Below, one piece after another: positions 26,971-30,486 of a DNA stretch of 30,486 nt. The DNA comes from an uncultured Janthinobacterium sp. Lineage in GTDB: Bacteria > Vulcanimicrobiota > Vulcanimicrobiia > Vulcanimicrobiales > Vulcanimicrobiaceae. The position numbers were made by a program, and so were the translations under genes. Numbering within the stretch: position 1 is the first letter of the stretch; each line of letters opens with the position of its first letter. The notes below the pieces were generated by a model. It made no database searches and had not been told where the DNA came from. It was given only the letters and a program-made list of their open reading frames with translations. The stretch spans positions 1 through 30,486 of the forward strand of contig CAZZXB010000017.1 of NCBI GenBank assembly GCA_964658025.1. The letters run 5' to 3'.

Positions 26971-27010
26971 GATTTATTAGGAGTTAAGTATCTTAATTAA
27001 ATCTTTAACG
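26971..27010. promoter_or_regulatory. AT-rich putative regulatory site upstream of the polysaccharide operon
   Basis: GATTTATTAGGAGTTAAGTATCTTAATTAAATCTTTAACG has four TTAA tetramers and the inverted repeat TTAAG-N3-CTTAA in otherwise very GC-rich DNA. Confidence 0.4.
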
Positions 27011-27385
27011 ATCTCGATCGTTCGCAACCCCGGGATTTATGGGATGGGACGCCTGCGAGCGGACGGTAAACGTTTGGAAAAGCGGAGATAATTTTCGCGC
27101 GTACGGGACGCGCGCGGAGGTGCTAGATTTCCGGTCTTTCACGTTCGCGCGGCACTCGAATCTTCGACTATATACGTTGCGCCGCGACCCGTCATTAGGT
27201 TACATTTGGCTCATTCGACGTTCCCTTCGCGTGCACCGTACGGTGATTTTGGGTGCGTCTTAAGGCCCTTGTCCGGTGAAAGTGTCCCGTGGTTTGCTAC
27301 TGCACACGAGACGGAAGTCGGTTCTGCGGATGCGGACCGAAACGACGGGCGCCGAAATGTCGTAACCATAGCAACGGAGGTCGAA

Positions 27386-28567
27386 TTGCGAAAACTTATC
27401 TCGTCGATGATCGCGGTGCAGATGCTGAGCTTGAGCTCGGCCGCCCTCGCGACGTCGTTCACGACGAGCAACGCGACGACGACGTTGCATCCCGGCGATA
27501 AGGTCGGCGTCACCGTCTACAACCATCCCGAATTGGCCGTAACTTCTACCACCGTCGACTCGACCGGACGGATCACGGTTCCGCTCGCGGGTCTCGTCGA
27601 TGCGAGCGACGCGACGCCGCAGCAGGTCGCGACGCGCGTGCAGACGCGCCTCGCGCCGTACGTGCGTCACCCCGCCGTCGACATCCAGATCCTCTCGCAG
27701 GGACAGAATCTGTTCGTAGCGGGCGGTCCCGGCGGAACGTACCCGTACACGCCGGGCGAGACGCTCACGGGCGCGCTCTCGCAGATTCAGTCCGGCGGTC
27801 CCGCCGGAGCGGGCGGCGGCGCGGCCGGGGCTCCCGCGGCACCGACGGTTTCCTCGAACAGCCCGACCGTCGTCTCGGCGCACAACTTCCAGTACGGAAG
27901 CGTCGATCTCCGCCGCGTCGTCATCGAACGCGACGGCGTCCGACTCGCGCCGATCGACGCGCAGAATCTGATCGCGCAGGGTCAACCCGGTCCGATCCTC
28001 CAGCCCGACGATACGATCGAACTCCGCTCGAAGCCGATCCCGGTCGCCGTTCGCGGCGAAGTCGCGGAGCCGACCGTCGCGCATCTCGATTCGGACGAAC
28101 CGCTCTCCAACGCGCTCCGTCAGGCCGGCGGAACGAACGGAACGTCGTCGTCGATCTCGTTCATGCTGCAACGCGACGGTACCGAGAAGCGGATCACCTC
28201 TTCGAGTCCCGAGTACTCGGCGCCGGCGAAACCGGGCGATGTGGTCTACGTCCCGCACGCGGCACGCATCGGCGTCGTCGGCATGGTGGAGAAGCCGGGC
28301 GACGTATCGCTCGCCGGCGACAAGACGTTGCTGAGCGCGCTGTACTACGCGGGCGGTCCCACGAAGTGGGGCGACATCAAACACGTCAGCGTCGTGCACG
28401 ACGGCGTGCAGCAGATGTACGACGTGACGAAGCTCACACACGGCGCGCAGAGCGCGAATCCCGAACTCGCCGACGGCGACACCGTCTTCGTCCCCGAGGG
28501 TCACAAGATCGACTTCTCGCAAGTCTTCGCGGGTCTCGTCGCCGCGACGAATCTGCGGTACCTCTAA
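27386..28567 (+). CDS. Polysaccharide export protein (Wza-like Poly_export plus SLBB domains)
   Basis: SD GGAGG then TTG 27386; LHPGDKVGVTVYNHPEL…VDSTGRITVPLAG…PYVRHPAVDI; repeated SLBB units (GEVAEP, GMVEKPG, AGGPT, DGDTVFVP). Confidence 0.85.
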   Translation: MRKLISSMIAVQMLSLSSAALATSFTTSNATTTLHPGDKVGVTVYNHPELAVTSTTVDSTGRITVPLAGLVDASDATPQQVATRVQTRLAPYVRHPAVDIQILSQGQNLFVAGGPGGTYPYTPGETLTGALSQIQSGGPAGAGGGAAGAPAAPTVSSNSPTVVSAHNFQYGSVDLRRVVIERDGVRLAPIDAQNLIAQGQPGPILQPDDTIELRSKPIPVAVRGEVAEPTVAHLDSDEPLSNALRQAGGTNGTSSSISFMLQRDGTEKRITSSSPEYSAPAKPGDVVYVPHAARIGVVGMVEKPGDVSLAGDKTLLSALYYAGGPTKWGDIKHVSVVHDGVQQMYDVTKLTHGAQSANPELADGDTVFVPEGHKIDFSQVFAGLVAATNLRYL

Positions 28568-28568
28568 G

Positions 28569-29198
28569 GTGCGAGCGTCCGAAGCGAGCGTCGCTCCCGC
28601 GAGTTTCGCCTTCAGCGAGCGGCCGACGTACAACGCGATCATGCGCGTCGCCGATCTCGTCGTCGCTTCGGCCGCGCTCGTAACGGCCGCGCCGATCCTC
28701 GCGGCCGCCGCGCTCGCGATCAAGCTCGAAGACGGCGGTCCGATCGTCTTCAAACAACGTCGCGTCGGACGCTTCGGCAAACTCTTCGACGTCTACAAGC
28801 TGCGCACGATGCGGATGGATCTGTGCGGCGACGCGCCGTCGCCCACGTCGAAACGCGATCCGCGCGTCACGAGCGTCGGCGCCTTCTTACGCAAGACCTC
28901 GATCGACGAACTCCCGCAACTCGTCAACGTGCTCAACGGAACGATGGCGCTCGTGGGCCCGCGTCCGGAACAACCGTTCCTCGTCCGCGGCTACGAGCCG
29001 TGGCAGAATCTCCGTCTTCTCGCAAAGCCCGGCATCACGTGTTTCTGGCAGATCCGCTGCCGTTCGCACGTCCCGCTCGACCGCCCCGAAGCGACGGTTC
29101 ACGATCTCGAATACATTGCGAAAGCGTCGCCCGTGACCGACGGTACGATTCTTTTCAAGACCATCGGTGCAGTGTTTTCATCTCAAGGAGCTTACTGA
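28569..29198 (+). CDS. Priming sugar (phosphoglycosyl) transferase, WcaJ/CpsE-type catalytic domain
   Basis: [60 protein letters not shown]. Confidence 0.92.
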   Translation: MRASEASVAPASFAFSERPTYNAIMRVADLVVASAALVTAAPILAAAALAIKLEDGGPIVFKQRRVGRFGKLFDVYKLRTMRMDLCGDAPSPTSKRDPRVTSVGAFLRKTSIDELPQLVNVLNGTMALVGPRPEQPFLVRGYEPWQNLRLLAKPGITCFWQIRCRSHVPLDRPEATVHDLEYIAKASPVTDGTILFKTIGAVFSSQGAY

Positions 29199-29203
29199 AC
29201 GAC

Positions 29204-30486
29204 ATGGATACCGTACGCAAGACGAAGAAAATCGCCATCGTCGGAACCGGCTACGTTGGAATGGCCTGCGCCATCGGATTCGCGGAATTCGGACATTCGA
29301 TCGTCGGCTTCGACATCATGACGGAACGCATCGAACAATTGCAGCGCGGGGTCACGCCGTATCGGGAAGCCGGTATCACGGAATCGCTCGCCCGTCATCT
29401 CAAGAACGAACGCATCGAGTTCGTCTCCGATTTCGCGACCGCGGTCGACGGCTCCGAGGTGATCGTCATCGCCGTCGGCACGCCGGCGCGGCCCGACGGA
29501 TCGGCCGACATCTCGGCCGTCGAGAGCGTCGTCGGAATGTTGCGCAGCATGGACCTCCACGGAGCGACCGTCGTCCTCCGTTCGACGGTCCCGCCCGGTA
29601 CGTCCGAGTGGGTCGCGGACCAACTCCGCGGCCGCGCGCACGTCGTGTTCGCGCCGGAGTTCTTGCGCGAGGGAAGCGCGGTTCACGACTTCCTCAATCC
29701 CGATCGCATCGTCGTCGGCGCCGAGTCGCAAGCGGCCGCGTCGCGCTACGTCGATCTCTTCTCGCATCTCGGCAAGCCCGTGCTCGTGATGTCGCTCCGC
29801 AACGCCGAGCTCGCGAAGGGCATGTCCAACGCGTTCCTCGCGATGAAGATCAGCTTCGCGAACGAGGTCGCGAATCTGTGCGACGATCTCGGCGCCAACG
29901 CGCTCGACGTCCTCGACGCGGTCGGTTACGACCGGCGTATCGGCCGGATGTTTCTCCAGCCCGGGATCGGCTTCGGCGGACCCTGCTTCGAGAAAGATCT
30001 CAAGAGCCTCATCTACATCTCGAAGAACGCGAACGCGAAGTCGGAGCTCCTGAGCGCGACGCTCAAGGTGAACGACCGTCAGCCGCAGCGCATCGTCGAG
30101 ACGCTCGTCGAGGAACTCGGCGGCTCGATTCAGGGCAGCCGGATCGGCGTCTGGGGTCTCGCGTTCAAAGCCGGCACCGACGACGTCCGCGACTCGCTCG
30201 CGGTCCGGATCGTCGAGGAACTCGCCGCCCGCGGCGCCGAGGTCGTGGCGTACGACCCGGCGATCGACGGATCGACCGTCAACCTTCCTTGCACCCACGC
30301 CGCGACCGCCCTCGAAGCGGCCGAGGCCGATGCCCTCCTCGTCCTCACGGAGTGGCCCGAATTTTCGAGCGTCGACCCCTGGGCGCTCGCACATCGACTC
30401 CGGGAGAAAATCGTCGTCGATGGAAGAAACGTACTGGATATCGATGCCATGACTGCGGCGGGGCTGCGGTATCGGGGTGTCGGCCG
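29204..30486 (+). CDS. ugd: UDP-glucose/GDP-mannose dehydrogenase (stop lies beyond the window end)
   Basis: Absent from the ORF track because it is open at the edge. Hand translation from ATG 29204: KIAIVGTGYVG, IAVGTP, RSTVPPGT, PEFLREG, GFGGPCFEKD, GLAFKAGTDDVRDS, VDGRN. Confidence 0.93.
   Translation, partial: MDTVRKTKKIAIVGTGYVGMACAIGFAEFGHSIVGFDIMTERIEQLQRGVTPYREAGITESLARHLKNERIEFVSDFATAVDGSEVIVIAVGTPARPDGSADISAVESVVGMLRSMDLHGATVVLRSTVPPGTSEWVADQLRGRAHVVFAPEFLREGSAVHDFLNPDRIVVGAESQAAASRYVDLFSHLGKPVLVMSLRNAELAKGMSNAFLAMKISFANEVANLCDDLGANALDVLDAVGYDRRIGRMFLQPGIGFGGPCFEKDLKSLIYISKNANAKSELLSATLKVNDRQPQRIVETLVEELGGSIQGSRIGVWGLAFKAGTDDVRDSLAVRIVEELAARGAEVVAYDPAIDGSTVNLPCTHAATALEAAEADALLVLTEWPEFSSVDPWALAHRLREKIVVDGRNVLDIDAMTAAGLRYRGVG

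Overview
High-GC bacterial chromosomal window, mostly cell-division and envelope housekeeping genes. The Firmicutes-like gene order (minCDE-rodA...rng; ftsEX-M23-S41) in very GC-rich DNA suggests a Terrabacteria lineage such as Eremiobacterota/Vulcanimicrobiota, but that is inference only. In order: SpoIIM/DUF95 and RDD membrane pair, DUF697-like protein, M48/TPR peptidase, an atypical min operon (minC, two tandem minD, and a minE with a ~190-aa disordered tail), rodA, a probable accessory insert (double-retropepsin/PDZ protease, AraC, hypothetical), RNase E/G with Arg-rich and Lys/Ala-rich tails, and a convergent ftsE-ftsX-M23-[~184-nt structured intergenic element]-S41-S41 operon. Next come a coupled acyl-CoA dehydrogenase-peroxiredoxin-photoactive yellow protein (PYP) homologue operon, dienelactone hydrolase, two secreted hypotheticals (one frameshifted) and the start of an exopolysaccharide locus (SLBB exporter, sugar transferase, UDP-glucose dehydrogenase running off the end). 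No CRISPR, tRNA, rRNA or transposase was seen. Best leads: the duplicated-MinD/extended-MinE system, the PYP operon without tal/pcl, the 6S-sized structured element and a probable ACG start codon.
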